A DNA stretch of 64,000 nt from Hypanus sabinus (lineage: Eukaryota). The notes under the pieces were generated by a model. It made no database searches. It had not been told where the DNA came from and saw only the letters and a program-made list of their open reading frames with translations. The translations under genes and the position numbers were made by a program. Below, piece after piece: positions 1 through 15,769 of the stretch. How positions within the stretch are numbered: the stretch's first letter is position 1; the number at the start of each line of letters is the position of its first letter. Where the stretch lies: the NCBI RefSeq assembly GCF_030144855.1, contig NC_082717.1, forward strand, positions 34,844,001 through 34,908,000. Direction: 5' to 3'.

Positions 1-168
<168 letters not shown>

Positions 169-269
169 TTATCTGTGAATTTTAATTAAGCACTCAAAAT
201 GAATAAAATTATCACATTCTTTCAACAAGGAAAGAGCTGCATAAGGATACAAATGTACAGTAAAATTGT

Positions 270-1850
270 GAGTGACACATGCACAATGCTGGAGGAACTC
301 AGCAAGACAGGCAGCAGCTATGGAAAAGAGTAAAGAGAAAATGTTTCGGGTTGAGACCCTTCATCAGGACTGGAGAAGAATATGAGGTCAGAGTAAGAAG
401 GTGGGGGAAGAGAGGAAGAAGTACAGGGTGGTAGGTGAAGCAGGAGGGGTGGGGAAGGGGTGAAGTAAAGAGCTGGGAAGTTGATTGGTGAAAGAGATAA
501 AGGGGAATCTGATAGGAGAGTGTAGAAGACCATGGAAGAAAAGGAAGGGAGAGGTGATGGGCAGGTGGGAGACTGAAATGGGAATGAGGAATGGTGAGCG
601 AGGAGTAATTAGCAGAAGTTTGAGAAATCAACGTTCAAGCCATCAGGTTGAAGGGTACCCAGACAGAATACAAGGTGCTGTTCCTCCACCGTCAGTGTGG
701 CCACATCATGGCAGAAGAGGAGGGCATGGAATGAGATGCCAGAATGGGAGTGGAGAGTAGAATTGAAATGGGAGGTCAGTGGGGGATCCTGATTTTCCAG
801 CAGAGAGAGTGAAGGTGCTTGCTGAAGCAGTTTCCCAATCTATGACGGGTCTCACCGATATACAGGACACACCAGGAGCACTGATACAGTAGGTGACCCC
901 AACAGACTCACAGGCAAATGTCACTTCACCTGGAAGGACTGTTTGGGGCCCTGAATAGTAATGAGGGGGGAAAAGTAGGGCAGGTGTGGCACTTGTTCTG
1001 CCTGGAAGGGCAAGTATGAGGAGGGAGATCAGTGGGGAGGGGCAAATGGACAAGAATGTTGTGTAGAAAGTGATCCCTGCTGTAAGTGGTTAGTGGGGGG
1101 TGGGGGGGGGAGGGAAAGATGCGCTTGGTGGGATCCCATTGGAGATGGCTTAGACACGAGAATTGTGTAGGGAGTGATTTGACAAGGGAGTGCTCCCAGT
1201 GTGGCTTCCTGTATATCAGTGAGACCCGACATAAGATTGGGAAACTGCATTGCCGAGCACCTACTTTCTGAACGACAAAAAAAAAATGGGATCTCCCAGT
1301 GGCCCCCCCATTTCAATTCTGGTTTCCATTCTGACATGTCAGTCCATGGCTTCCTCTTCTGCCACAATGAAGTCACACTCATTGGAGGGGTCTGGGTTGC
1401 CTTCAACCTGATGGCATGAACATTGATTTTTCGAACTTCTGGTAATTGACCTCCCCCCACTTCACCATTCCTGTTTCCCTTTCTCACCTACCCATCACCT
1501 CCTGCTGGAGCTACTCCCCCTTCCCTTTCTTGCATGGTCTTCTATACTCTCCTATCAGATTCCCCCTTTTCCAGCCCTTTATCTCTTTCATCATTCAACC
1601 TCCCATCTCTTTATTTCACCCCCCTCCTCCGCTCCCAGTTTCACCCATCACCTTGTACTTCTTCCTTCCCGCCCTCTGCTTCTGGCATCTGACTTCTCAT
1701 CATTCTTTTTCCAGTCCTGATGAAGGGTCTCAGCCTGAAACATCGACTGTTTACTCTTTTCCATAGATGCTGCCTGGCTTGCTGAGTTCCTCCAGCTTTT
1801 TGTATGTGTTGCCCCACAAACATTTCCAGCATCTGCAGATTTACTTGTGT
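270..1850. mobile_element. Inverted pair of Penelope-like element 3' parts (minus copy ~270-1150, plus copy ~1185-1850), GIY-YIG remnants, hammerhead tails
   Basis: GIY-YIG-like peptides (FACESVGVTYC; CSQCGFLYISETRHKIG) and tails CAGTCCTGATGAAGGGTCTC..GAAAC..GATGCTGCCTGG..TGCTGAGTTCCTCCAGC at both outer ends. Confidence 0.8.
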
Positions 1851-1908
1851 CCGAGTAAAATTTGCAAATCTCCGTTGTCAGTATTTGTCCTCAGTAGTTC
1901 CATACTTA

Positions 1909-2055
<147 letters not shown>

Positions 2056-2396
2056 CTAATAAGAAAAACATCTAATGACGGATGTGCCACCGTATATTCA
2101 TTGTTTCATAATATCTGCAGAAACGGGAACAGGAGGAGGCCATCTGACCCTGCCACAATTAAGTGGATATATCAAATTTCTCCACCATAACTATTTAATA
2201 AGTTAAATAATCTTGCTGGAAAAGGTTGTGATTACAGCCAAGGTTCAATTAGCTGATTGGGCATTCTACAGTAAGCCACACAGCCTTTCTCATGAACACC
2301 CTTTTTATTGTATGGCAATTTGAAGAGTTGCTGTTGTGACCAAAAAAGTTTGTTAGTGCAATCCTCCCTCTGAATTGCATTAATCAGAGTGTAGAA

Positions 2397-2476
2397 CAGA
2401 GATCCCCAACCTTTTGTATGCTGTTGGACCCCACCATTAACCAAGAGGTCTGTGTACATCAGTTTGGCAATCCCTG
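2397..2476. mobile_element. 80-bp hAT/Charlie-type MITE
   Basis: Imperfect TIRs CAGAGATCCCCAAC...GTTTGGCAATCCCTG; perfect 8-bp TSD GTGTAGAA at 2389-2396 and 2477-2484. Confidence 0.8.
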
Positions 2477-3292
2477 GTGTAGAAGATATTTCAGAGTTTC
2501 CTTGAGTTTTACTATCTGTCCAAAGCTTGTTGGGGAAGGGCCATGATCTACGGCCCTGTCACCACTGGACACTGCTGGGCTGGGCCTACTGTAACAGGCT
2601 ATCAAACACCTCTTGGCTGCATTAAAGATGAAAAATGTGCAGCATTGATACATTGTGTGAGAATGTATTGATTTAATAATGGCGTAATGCCCCAATGCTA
2701 CACGCCATATACTGTAGGTAATAGATATATAAGAAAAATTCTCAGTCAAGAAATCAAACCAAAATAATGGGGGTGTTGGAAACCATTTTTGCTAATTAAC
2801 ATTTGTTGGAAACATTTTCACGAGTTTAGCATGGCAGCTCATAAGATCAAATAGTTTCTCAGCACTTGTCTTTGGGATTCCAAAGTGAAGTGGCTAACTG
2901 TGATGTTTTGAAGAGCTGCTGGTTTCATGTTTACAAGCTGTGAGGGAAAGATGCCACGCAGCTTGCTTTGCTCATTTATACTGAAATATCATCTGAACAA
3001 TGTTAAGCTTTTATGAAAAAAAATTACAATCTGTAGCCTCAGGAAGCTTTCTGTGATGCTTGGACATTAACAATAAGTAAGTAATACTGTTTGCAGAGGA
3101 TTAAGCACCAATAATACGTGGAATTAAAATAATTTACAGAAATGTGGAAGAAAGCATAGAAAGAAATTGGTTTACATACATTTTTTTTGCAACTAGCTAT
3201 TTTTCTGCTTCACTTAGCTGATATAGATATTACCTTTACACTGCTGACTTGAGACAGATTAATGAAACTGCAATTCATCAACAGGTCTGTTA

Positions 3293-3493
<201 letters not shown>

Positions 3494-3999
3494 TCAGGCA
3501 GAATCAGAGTCTCGCTTGTTACTGAAAATAAATCTGTGTCATTTGCCATTTAGTTGACTATTCAGCCCTCAGACTTGCTCTGCTTTCAATAAAATGACAG
3601 ATGATTTTAATTCTATTTTCCTGCCTAATTTCCCCCTAACTCTCAAATTTCCCAAATTCCAGTGCTCTGAATTTATTCAATGAATCGGCTTCTATAGTTT
3701 TCTGGAATACAGAACTCCAAAGATTCACCACACCTTCGAAAGAATAAATTCCTCTTTATACTAACCAGTTATTATCAACTGTGCCCCCTGGTCCTTTACA
3801 CCTTCCACAGTGGGAAACATCCTCCCAGCATCCATCTTACCAAGCCCATTAGAATTTTCTGTTTCAAAATGATCATCTCTCATTCGCCTGAACTCTGTTC
3901 AACCATTCGACATCAGGCAGCCGAATCATTCCTGGAAGCGATCATCACTGAACTACCCCCAAACGCACATGTATTCCCACTCTGTCTGGTTTCATTTTA

Positions 4000-4164
<165 letters not shown>

Positions 4165-4829
4165 TTACAATAATATTGCAGTACATAGATGGAATATTCT
4201 TTTCACTGAATTAGAATCAGAATGAAGTTTATTATTGGTAACACAGAATTTGTTGTTTTGTGGCAGCAGTACGGTGCAAAGGCATAAAGTTACTACAAAT
4301 TATAGAATAAATAAAAAGAGTGAGAAAAAGAATGAGGTACTGTTCCTGAATCTTTCAGAAATCTAATGATTTTCTAGAGTGAAAGATATCTTTTCTTAAA
4401 ATCATTATTTATCATGATCATGAATTAAACTGTCTTATTTTTTATAATAAAATTACTGTTAAGAAGTTTCCAACTAACGGTTGTCATTTAGATGAATTTT
4501 GCACTTCACAAAAGAAGGTTAAGTTCTGGAAACATAATCAGATATAAATATTCTCCAAAGCATCTTTACTATAACATTCCTTCGCAAGCTGATGTTCAAA
4601 CCCCTTTCTATCGTTTTCATACTGACTGAACATTTCATTCTGAGTCCTTCACAACTACTACATCTTCTAGCAAACGCATAAGGTGGAAGTTGCTATCAGA
4701 GGCCTCTTTTTCTACTGTAAAGGAGGGATCAGTGGATGCAATCATGCAAGCATTTCAAGACGGACACTTCATAAAAAATGGTAAATTAACTTGATGTGGA
4801 CATCACAAAGCTACTATTGAATGATTGTT

Positions 4830-6290
4830 CCTCAGCAGATCAGGCAGTATCTTTGGAGGGGAATAAACAGTTGATGTTCTACCTGGCACCCTTTCTCAGT
4901 ACTGGAAAAGGAAGGGGGAAGATGTCAGATGAAGGAGTGCAGGGAATTTAAGCGAGAAGGTGATATGTGACGTCAGATGGGTGGGTGAGGGAGTGACGGA
5001 GTAAGAGGCTGGGAGGTGATAGGTGGAAAAATAAAAGGGCTGGAGAAGAAGAAATCTGATAGGAGAGGTAAGTGGACCATAACAGGGAAAGAGGGGCACC
5101 AGCGGGAGGTGATAGAGAGCTGAGAAGAGATAAACTGGGGGGGGGGGGCAGAGAGGCAAAATGAATAAGAGTGATGGAGAGGGGAAAAGTTACCCAGTGT
5201 TGGAGAAATTGATGTTCATCCCATCAGATTGCAGGCTATCTTGACAGACTGTAAGGTGTTCCTTCTCCAACCTGAGACTGGCTTCATTGTGGCAGAGGAG
5301 GAGGCCATGGGCCGACATGTTGGAATGGGAATGGGGATTGGAATTAAAATTGTTGGTCACCAGGAAATTTTGCTTTTTGTAGATGGGGCAAAGGTGCTGG
5401 AAAAAGAGGTCCCCCACTCTATATTGGGTCTCACCTATGTAAAGGAGGCCACATTGGGAGCACCGGATACAGTAGAAAACACCAACAGATTCACAGGTGA
5501 AGTGTTGCCTGACCTGGAAAAACTGCCTGGGGCCCTGAACGGAGATGAGGTAGAAGGTGAATGGGAAGTTGTAGCACTCCTTCTCCCTACAGTGGAGATT
5601 AGTAGAGAGGCACAAATAGGCAAGGGAGTCACCAAGGAAATGATCCTGTGGAAAGTGGAGAATGGAGGGGAAGGTAAAGATGCGTTTGGCGGTAGGGTCC
5701 TGTTGAAGATGGTGGAGAATGATGAGTTAGATGCGGACATAGATTGGCGGACTGCTTTGTCAAGCACTTTGGCAGGATTTCCTGGTGGCCAGTGATTTAA
5801 ATTCCAATCCCCAATCCCATTCTGACATGTTGATCCATTGCCTCCTCTTCCGTATGATGAGGCCGCTCTCAGGTTGGAGGAGCAACACCTGATATTTTGT
5901 CTGAGTAGCCTCCAACCTGATGGCATGAACATAAATGCTCTACCTTCCTTCTTCTCCATTTACCCACTCTGGATCCCTCCTACCTCCTCTTCTCACCTGC
6001 CTATCATCTTCTCCTGGTGCCCCTCCTCCTTCCCACTCTCCACTCCTATCAGATTTCATCTTCTCCAGCTTTTTACCTTTTCTACCTATCATCCGATAGT
6101 TTCTGACTTCATCTTCCTTCCCCCACCCACTTGACTTCACCCGTCATCACCTCCCCCACTTTGTTAGATTGGCATCTCCTCCCTTCCTTTCGAGTCCTCA
6201 TGAAGGGTCTTGGCCCAAAGATGCTGCCTGAAATACACAAAATGCTGGAGGAACTCTGTGTTGCTCTGGATTTCCAGCATCTGTAGAATC
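4830..6290. mobile_element. Second inverted pair of PLE 3' fragments (minus ~4830-5740, plus ~5770-6290)
   Basis: ORF 5190..5615 FQVRQHFTCESVGVFYCIRCSQCGLLYIGET (GIY-YIG); ORF 5838 RLEEQHLIFCLSSLQPDGMNI; degenerate hammerhead tail at ~6195. Confidence 0.8.
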
Positions 6291-6517
6291 TGGAAGCTTG
6301 TGTAAATGATTGTTCCTGTTCACATTTGACTCACACTCATAACATGTTGAATGGTTTATTGCAAATGGCAACTCAGGGGGATGATATAACAAAACAGTGA
6401 GCAACAACTTTGGACTCAAATTCAGTAAGACCAAACAATTGTGGAACATAGGAAGGGGGAAGCTGGGAGAACACACACCAAGGGGTCAGCAGTGATAAAC
6501 AGGATAAGTTTCAAGTG

Positions 6518-6650
6518 CAAACACAAGGAAATCTGCAGATGCTGGAAATTCAAACAACACACACAAAATGCTGGTGGAACACAGCAGGCCAGACAGCATC
6601 TATAGGGAGAAGCGATGTCGACGTTTCGGGCCAAGACCCTTCGTCAGGAA
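6518..6650 (-). mobile_element. PLE tail-only fragment with intact hammerhead core (CTGACGA...GAAACGTC)
   Basis: Reverse complement of 6615-6648 is CCTGACGAAGGGTCTTGGCCCGAAACGTCGACAT followed by the family tail. Confidence 0.75.
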
Positions 6651-6651
6651 T

Positions 6652-7292
6652 TTCAAGTTCCTGGAGGTTAACATCTCCAAATATTTATCCTGGACCTAAC
6701 ATATTGATGCAATTACAAAGAAGGTATGCCATGGGCTATACCTTATGAAATTTGAACAGATATGGTGTGTCACCAAAGATTCCAGTAAATTTTTACAGAT
6801 GTACAGTGGTGAGTATTCTGGTTGGCAGATCAGAGTCTGGTGTAGGGGTGCCAACTCAAAGAGATTTGCTGCAGAGCAGCACAGACAGTTGTAAACTCAG
6901 TTAGCTCCAACATGGGCACTAGCCTCCCCCACCATCAACAACATCTTCAAAGCGCGATGCCTCAAGAAAGTGGCATCAATCATTAAGGACCCCCCCCCCC
7001 CCCCCAATCCAGGACATGCCCTCTTCTCATTATATCCAGGGACGTGGTACAGGAGCCTGAAGATGTACAATCAACATTTTAGGAACAGCTTCTTCCCCTC
7101 CGCCATCAGATTTCTGAATGGTTCAGGAACCAGTGAACACTACCTCATTTCTTGCTCTCTTTTTACACTACTTATTTATTTTTTTAAATTTCTTATTGCA
7201 GCATATAGTAATTTTTAATGTATTGTACTCTACTGCTGCTGCTAAACAACAACCTTCATGACATATATCAGTGATAATAAGCCTGATTCTGA
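6652..7292 (+). mobile_element. Rex1/Babar LINE 3' fragment
   Basis: HPGHALFS..YRSLK...FRNSFFPSAIRFLN C-terminal motif; CTGATTCTGA tail. Confidence 0.75.
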
Positions 7293-7418
7293 CAATCTGG
7301 AATCGAGAGGGTAATTAGGGAACAACTTCATTCTGAAGTATAAAATATCAGTAAAATGGAATGGTTTTATATCACTTATCACTCAATCACTGAGAATATT
7401 AGTTTAAAATAATGGAAT

Positions 7419-7980
7419 ATACACTCTAGGATCACTTTTTTTTTTAGGTACCTCCTATACCAAATAGAGAGGCCACTGAGTGTATGTGTGTGGTTTTCTG
7501 CTGCTGTATCCCATCCACTTCAAGGTTCGAAGTGTTGTGCATTCAGAGAAGCTCTTCTACACACTACTGTGTAATGCACAGTTTTTTTGAGTTACTGTTG
7601 CCTTCCTGCCAGCTTGAACCAGTCTGGTCATTCTTCTCTCGCATTAACAAGGCATTTTTCACCCACAGACTTGCCACATACTAGATTTTTTTTTTGCTTT
7701 ACGCACCATTCTCTGTAAACTTTAGAAACTGTTGTGCATGAAAACCAGGAGATCAGCAGTTTCTGAGATACTCAAACCACCCCATCTGGCTTCAACAATC
7801 ATTTCACGGTCAAAGACACTCAGATCGCATTTCTTCCCCATTCTGATGTTTGGTCTGAACAACAACTGAACCTCTTGAACATGTCTCCATGGGTTTATGC
7901 ATTGAGTTGCTGTGATATGATTAGCTGAATAGATATTTGCATTTATGAGCAGGTGTCTAGGTGTATCTAATAAAGTGGTT
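7419..7980. mobile_element. Tc1-like non-autonomous DNA transposon remnant
   Basis: Degenerate TIRs of CACTCAGTGGCCACTTTATTAGGTA type; internal sequence shared with 24560-25045 and 47258-48030. Confidence 0.65.
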
Positions 7981-8898
7981 CTTTATTTTAAAATAAATCT
8001 ATGAAAACTATTTTTTGGAAAGAAAGAAAATGTATTGAAATTACACCTTTATTTCATAAAGACATTCCCCAAATTTTTGTAGAAAGCTTGGACAAGTTCA
8101 GTCAAAGTACGAGGATCAAATCTTTCACTAAAATTTAAGATACTAGGCTAGTTGATTTCAAATATTAAAAGGGTGAGCACAAGATATCAAAGCACAGTTT
8201 TTGATATCGTATTGAAACTGAAAATACTACAAACATTCAGTCAGTCAATTTTTGAATGTTAATGATTCTTTGAGAGAACTGGAAGCAAATCAGTTTAAAG
8301 TTACGGTGAGTGTGAGGCTGGATGGAGAGGTCAAAGGGGAAGTTGCCACGGCTACAAATTGTAGATGATGTCAATTGTCATCTGGTGGATGGGTTAACAG
8401 GGACATGGGGAGGAAATAGACAGCCAAGAGTGTTTGTATGTGTGTGCTTGTGAGGAAACCAAGGCAACAAAATTACTTAGACTGAGAAAACCAACGAGGT
8501 CATATTTATTTCAGATTTGTATGTGCAGATTTTGTTTAAGCTTTTCTTTACACTTACTTCTTCACATGTTAATAATTTAAACAACTGTCTTTTAAAGTAA
8601 TTAGTAGATTTTAAAATGTTCATTTTACAGTTCCCTTTTTTCTTATACACTTACTCTCCTTTCCTATCAGTCCTTCCAGAAAGACATTCCCCAGCCTGAC
8701 CTGACTAATTATGATAGGGTTAGGGATCTTGTTCAGATATTCTATCCAACTGTTACTAAACTATTGAACGGACTTGTACCTCAATAGATTCTTGACCTCA
8801 CTGCTCTGCAATGCCGACATGTTTTGGTTTTAATAATTAAGCTGTGCACATGTTTATATGTATGGATTCACATTAGTCACAAGACCTCAGATCTGCTA

Positions 8899-9063
<165 letters not shown>

Positions 9064-9547
9064 CTATACACACAGAACACAGAAGTTTTATAACTAATGC
9101 AGGTTGTAAAAGTTAAAAATGTTAAATAAAAGAAGTATTTTAATGCTTTCAACAAAGTCATGTTGTCACTTTTGGCTGAAAATTATTTATTGTGTGTTGT
9201 GGATGCTCATGTTGCAGTTGTGATCATTATTTGGTTTTGTGCAATGGATTCATTGAAAATTAAGATACATCTCAATTCACACTGTTTCTCAAGCATTTGC
9301 AATTGTTAGATTCAACTTCAGACTTACAATCAGAAAAATTATTTTCAGATTCCAATGATTCAGTATTTTTAAAAAAGTCAGCTGAAATATTCAGCACCAT
9401 AACTTTTGCAATGAATATTGACTACTAACGAAGAAAAAATATTGCCACAATTTGTTCTGCTTCAACAGAATGCACCAGAGCAATTAACATCCCATAAATA
9501 ATGAGTGGCGGCAATAATTATACATTGAAAGTTATACCGCCAAGCTA

Positions 9548-9763
<216 letters not shown>

Positions 9764-9964
9764 TCATACTTTAAATTCTTTAATGTGTGAAACAAACCAC
9801 GTTTCAGTAATGAATATTAGCAAAAAACGCTGAATTATAATGTTTTGATAAATCAATGGTTTAAATAGGAGGGGGAGGGGAGGGAGAGGGAGAAGAATTA
9901 GTGGATTCAAATGGAAGACCCTTCATTAAAACTGGGAAAAAAGAACAATTAGGTTTTAATTTGT

Positions 9965-11485
9965 CCATAACCAATATAACCTTTCCCTCCTACATAGTAC
10001 ATAATCCTTGTCCATAATCAATGTAACCCTTCCGTCCTACACAGTACATAATCAATATAACCCTTCCCTCCGACACAGTCCATAATGAATATAACCCTTC
10101 CCTCCTACACAGTACATAATCAATGTAACCCTTCCCTCCTACATAGTACATAATCAATGTAACCCTTCCCTCCGACACAGTCCATAATCAATGTAACCCT
10201 TCCCTCCGACACAGTACATAATCAATGTAACCCTTCCCTCCTACACAGTACATAATCAATGTAACCCTTCCCTCCTACACAGTACATAATCAATGTAACC
10301 CTTCCCTCGTACACAGTCCATAATCAATGTAACCCTTCCCTCCTACACAGCCCATAATCAATGTAACCCTTCCCTCCTACACAGTACATAATCAATGTAA
10401 CCCTTCCCTCCGACACAGTCCATAATCAATGTAACCCTTCCCTCCTACACAGCCCATAATCAATGTAACCCTTCCCTCCTACACAGTCCATAATCAATAT
10501 AACCCTTCCCTCCTACACAGTACATAATCAATGTAACCCTTCCCTCCGACACAGTACATAATCAATGTAACCCTTCCCTCCGACACAGTCCATAATCAAT
10601 GTAACCCTTCCCTCCTACACAGTACATAATCAATGTAACCCTTCCCTCCGACACAGTACATAATCAATGTAACCCTTCCCTCCGACACAGTACATAATCA
10701 ATATAACCCTTCCCTCCGACACAGTACATAATCAATGTAACCCTTCCCTCGTACACAGTCCATAATCAATATAACCCTTCTCTCCTACACAGTACATAAT
10801 CAATGTAACCCTTCCCTCCTACACAGTACATAATCAATATAACCCTTCCCTCTGACACAGTACATAATCAATGTAACCCTTCCCTCCTACACAGTACATA
10901 ATCAATATAACCCTTCCCTCGTACACAGTCCATAATCAATATAACCCTTCCCTCCTACACAGCCCATAATCAATGTAACCCTTCCCTCCGACACAGTCCA
11001 TAATCAATATAACCCTTCTCTCCTACACAGTACATAATCAATGTAACCCTTCCCTCCTACACAGTACATAATCCTTGTCCATAATCAATATATCACTGCC
11101 CTCTGCACAGTCTATAATCCTTGTCGATGATCAATATAACCCTTCCCTCCTACACAGCCCATATTCAATGTAACACTTCCCTCCTACACAGTACATAATC
11201 CTTGTCCATAATCAATATAACACTGCCCTCTGCACAGTCTACAATCCTTGTCTATAATCCAAAATAACCCTTTCCTCCTACAAAGCCTGTAATTCTCGTC
11301 CATAACCAATATAACCATTCCCTCCTACACAGCCCATAATCAATGTAACCCTTCCCTCGTACACAGTCCATAATCAATATAACCCTTCCCTCCTACACAG
11401 TACATAATCCTTGTCCATAATCAATATAATCCTTCCCTCCTACACAGCCCATAATCCTTGTCCATAATCAACATAACCCTTCCCT
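9965..11485. repeat. Minisatellite, 34-bp unit CATAATCAATRTAACCCTTCCCTCCKACACAGTM, roughly 40 units, longer variants at both edges
   Basis: Directly visible tandem array (e.g. units starting 10081, 10115). Confidence 0.97.
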
Positions 11486-12110
11486 TTATTTTTCTTACAC
11501 TCCATGTGCCTATTGAAAAATCTCTTGAATGTCTCTATTGTGTCAGCCTCTATGATTACCCCTAGCAACACATTCCAGGCACTGACCACAGTGTGTAAAT
11601 AGAACCTAGTCTGACATTTCCCCTAAACTTTACTCCACTCGGCTTAAATGAATGTTCTCTGATTCTGACCATTACCACCCCAGAAAAAAGTGCTGGCTGG
11701 TTGTCCACTCTATCTCTCCCCCTCATACACTTCAATCAAGTCACCTCTCAAAGTCCATCACTCAAAAGAGAATTGTGACAGAACAGGTTAGCAATGCTAA
11801 TTCTCCCACTAACCTTGCCTCTTTGCCCAGTTAATCGTTCATAGAACAGACCCCTGCAGAATGCCACTAACTACTAACCTTCAGGCATAATACTACTACC
11901 CTCTGCTTTCTGAGGGCAAGCTAATTCCAAACCTATGTAGCCAAGTTTCTCTGGAGCCCATGCTTGATGACTTTCTGAATGAACCAACTACAGGGAACCT
12001 TTTTAGATGCCTTACTGAAATCCATATAGACCACATCCACCTTCATCAATTTTTTTTGTCACCTCCCTGAAAAACTCAATCAGGCTCGTGAGGTGTTACC
12101 TACCTCTCTC
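11486..12110 (-). mobile_element. Degenerate CR1 LINE fragment abutting the minisatellite
   Basis: Antisense CR1 ORF2 C-terminal (EADTIETFKR) and RT (YMDFSKA) remnants. Confidence 0.65.
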
Positions 12111-12879
12111 AGATTCCTGTGGACTCTCTCCTTGTGAGGCGAGTTTTTGATTTTGCAGAGTGGTAGGATGCCTGGGAGGCAGTGCCATGGGAGGTGTTTC
12201 AAGCAGATAAGACAGCAACATTGAAGAGGCATTCAGACAAATGGATGGGCAGGAAATAGCTGGACTTGGACCATGTGTAGGCAGATGGGGGTCAGTTTGA
12301 ACTGGATTGTGGTTGGCTCAGACGAAGGGCTTGCTATGCTGTCTTGCTATGCTATGTTCCAGAGTTCTATTGAAGAGTATTCAACAGTGTTTCCAGCACT
12401 TTCTTTTTATTTTAAATAAGTTACAGCAAGAATGGCAGGCGACTTGCAGTGATGATTGTTGGTGGTGGACCCATGTCAAAAAAGATTCTGTGTGATCATT
12501 TGCTCTGATCAGTTTTTAGAGTTATTAAAATGTAAGATACAAGTCAAGATTGTTTGCTCTGAGAATTTCATTTCCAGCCACTGTTACTTCAGCAAACAAC
12601 CATTGGACTATAATTTGCTGTTATAGGGCAGCTTGCATTATCAGTTTGACTTGCCCTCTTAGAACTTCTGCATGTCAAGTTGCCGAAGTGTGCGCTGATA
12701 ATAGACACTAATAGCAGTAATTGAAGGATTTCCTCCAAGAAGGTGGAATAGAGGTGTATATTATTATTGGTGAATTCTAGGTTAAATCAAGTGCAGAGGG
12801 GGAAAAAAAGTGAAAAAGATTCAAGATAAACTAAAAGCAAATTTCAAAGTGATATTTGTTTTAAATTAGTATTTCCAAC

Positions 12880-13465
12880 AAGACAGGGCATTGAGTACAG
12901 GAATTGAGACATTATGTTGCAGTCTTTGGTGAGGTTGCATTTGGAAAACTGTGTACAGTATTTCCTGTTGTAGGAAAGATTTTCTTAAACTGGAAAGAAT
13001 GCAGAAAAGATCTATGAAGATCTATGAAGATGTTGCTAGGACCAAAGGGCCTGAGTCATAAGGAGAGCTTGGCCAGGCTACGCCTTTATTCCTTGCAGTG
13101 TAGGAGAACGACAGGTGACCTTGTAGAGATGTATATAATCATGAGGGGCATTGATAAAGTTAAATGATAGCAGTCTTTTCACAGAGTAGAGTGCTCAAAA
13201 CCAGGGGGCAAAGATTTAGAGTAAGATTTAAAAGGGATTTGAGAGGCAACCTTTACAGAGGATAGTGTAGATAGAACAAGCTGCCATTGTAAGTGGTTGA
13301 GGTGGGTACATTTAAAAAGGACATGGGTAGATACACACAGGGGCAAGACTTGGAGGAATATGGGCTGAACGGAGAATATTGGGATTGGATGGGTGGGCAC
13401 CATGGTCGGCATGGACTTGTTGGGCTGAAGGGCTTGTATCCATGCTATATTGCTCTATGATTCTA
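12880..13465 (+). mobile_element. CR1 LINE 3' fragment
   Basis: GIEYRN...LVRLHLE.CVQ..., GDLVEMY; 3' UTR GGGCTGAAGGGC...CTCTATGATTCTA. Confidence 0.75.
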
Positions 13466-13769
13466 CAACATTTAGTTTATTTACACTCCTAGAAATACTG
13501 TCTGGCAGAAATGAGCACCTGGCATATTAGAGCAGAATGTAGACTGAAGATCAGGTTTTGTATTGAGAGTTTAGCCATTATTTGTTGCACAGATACAATG
13601 ACTATGCCATTCAATGCAGTTTAATGTGGGGACATTGCTTTTGTGAAGCTGAGAATGGAGTGGAGCATTAGTTTCTGGATTTCTGCATTTCACTATACTT
13701 CTCTTGTTTGAAGTTGCTATGATATTCATGCAGAAATACTGATCAGTGTTATTAATCTCAACATTATTA

Positions 13770-13907
<138 letters not shown>

Positions 13908-14195
13908 CTAAAATAGACAAAAAATTATTATAACCCACGCGAAATGAAACTACTTCACAGTTTACCCTGCTAATTCTTATTTATTATTTTAAACAGTATA
14001 TTCTACAAATATTTATAAGCAATTCACTATTATAGGTCTCGTTTCAAAGATCATTTCAACCATAACCCAATATGTAAACAATTCACAAGTATAATGAGAG
14101 AAGCAGCACCTCACAGATTTAGTGAGTTTTAACCGACATGTCATTTCACTTATTTTATTCTCATCTAAATAATAATTTGATTCAACTTATAACTA

Positions 14196-14432
<237 letters not shown>

Positions 14433-15223
14433 TTATTTTCCAACAGATGGTGGATGTTGGGGCCATTTCTGTTGGAGTTTAGTCAAAGCATAAAAGTAGC
14501 CAACATTTGAGACTAAACTATCTCACGAACTATATGTTCAGCTGGACCTAGGAGTGATGAAGTAATGTGGTAACGTGCTTCTCAACTTGGGGTTTGCAGC
14601 TCAAGAGTCATTGAACAATTTAGTTCTGAGGAAACCTTAAAAGTTCCTACAGGAAGCCAAAGCACACCAGAAAATGGGGAAGAAAGTCCCTAAGAAAGGA
14701 AATACAGGATGTCAGAAGAAACTCAGATAACCCTCACAGCAAGGGTATAGTCTGCACAATAATTAATCTGGAAAGATGACAGACAGTACATTATGATCTT
14801 AAGAATTGGGTATGTAAACTAAAGGTTGTTTTAAACTAAAGAAAACAAAAGAGGGAAATTAAAAAATAGGATCCCCCCCCCCTCCAAACAATGAATGCTG
14901 GTCTAATCTAATATTGTTCAATCATTTTGATGAGCAATTTCCAAAGCCTGAAGGAATGTGGCATAACACTTGCCTTTTCAGCTGTTATATACACTAAGAT
15001 GGTAAAAATAGTAGCAATTTCAATATATGTCTTCTATACAAATACAGACACTTCTTATCCATTGAGGTGGTAACTTCACAAAGCTAATAAAGGAGATGGC
15101 CAGCAGTGACATTAGGATTTTTGTGTTCAACATTGAGTTTGCCCTCTCTTGAAGATGTTGTGGCATCTTGGGGTAAATAGCAGTGAGCTTTGTTGTTCTC
15201 ACTATTACTCTGAATGGAAGTTA

Positions 15224-15720
<497 letters not shown>

Positions 15721-15769
15721 TTTCCACCAAGTGTCCCATATGGCAGATATAGGTTGCTCTGCATTCACA

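Noticed and set aside
5229-5959. 188-aa and 174-aa ORFs as novel genes
   Set aside because: Antisense or alternative frames of PLE fragments; no splice or domain support.
9965-11485. Possible CRISPR-like array (regular ~34-bp period)
   Set aside because: Units are contiguous with no unique spacers, there are no cas genes, and the context is a vertebrate intron; it is a minisatellite.
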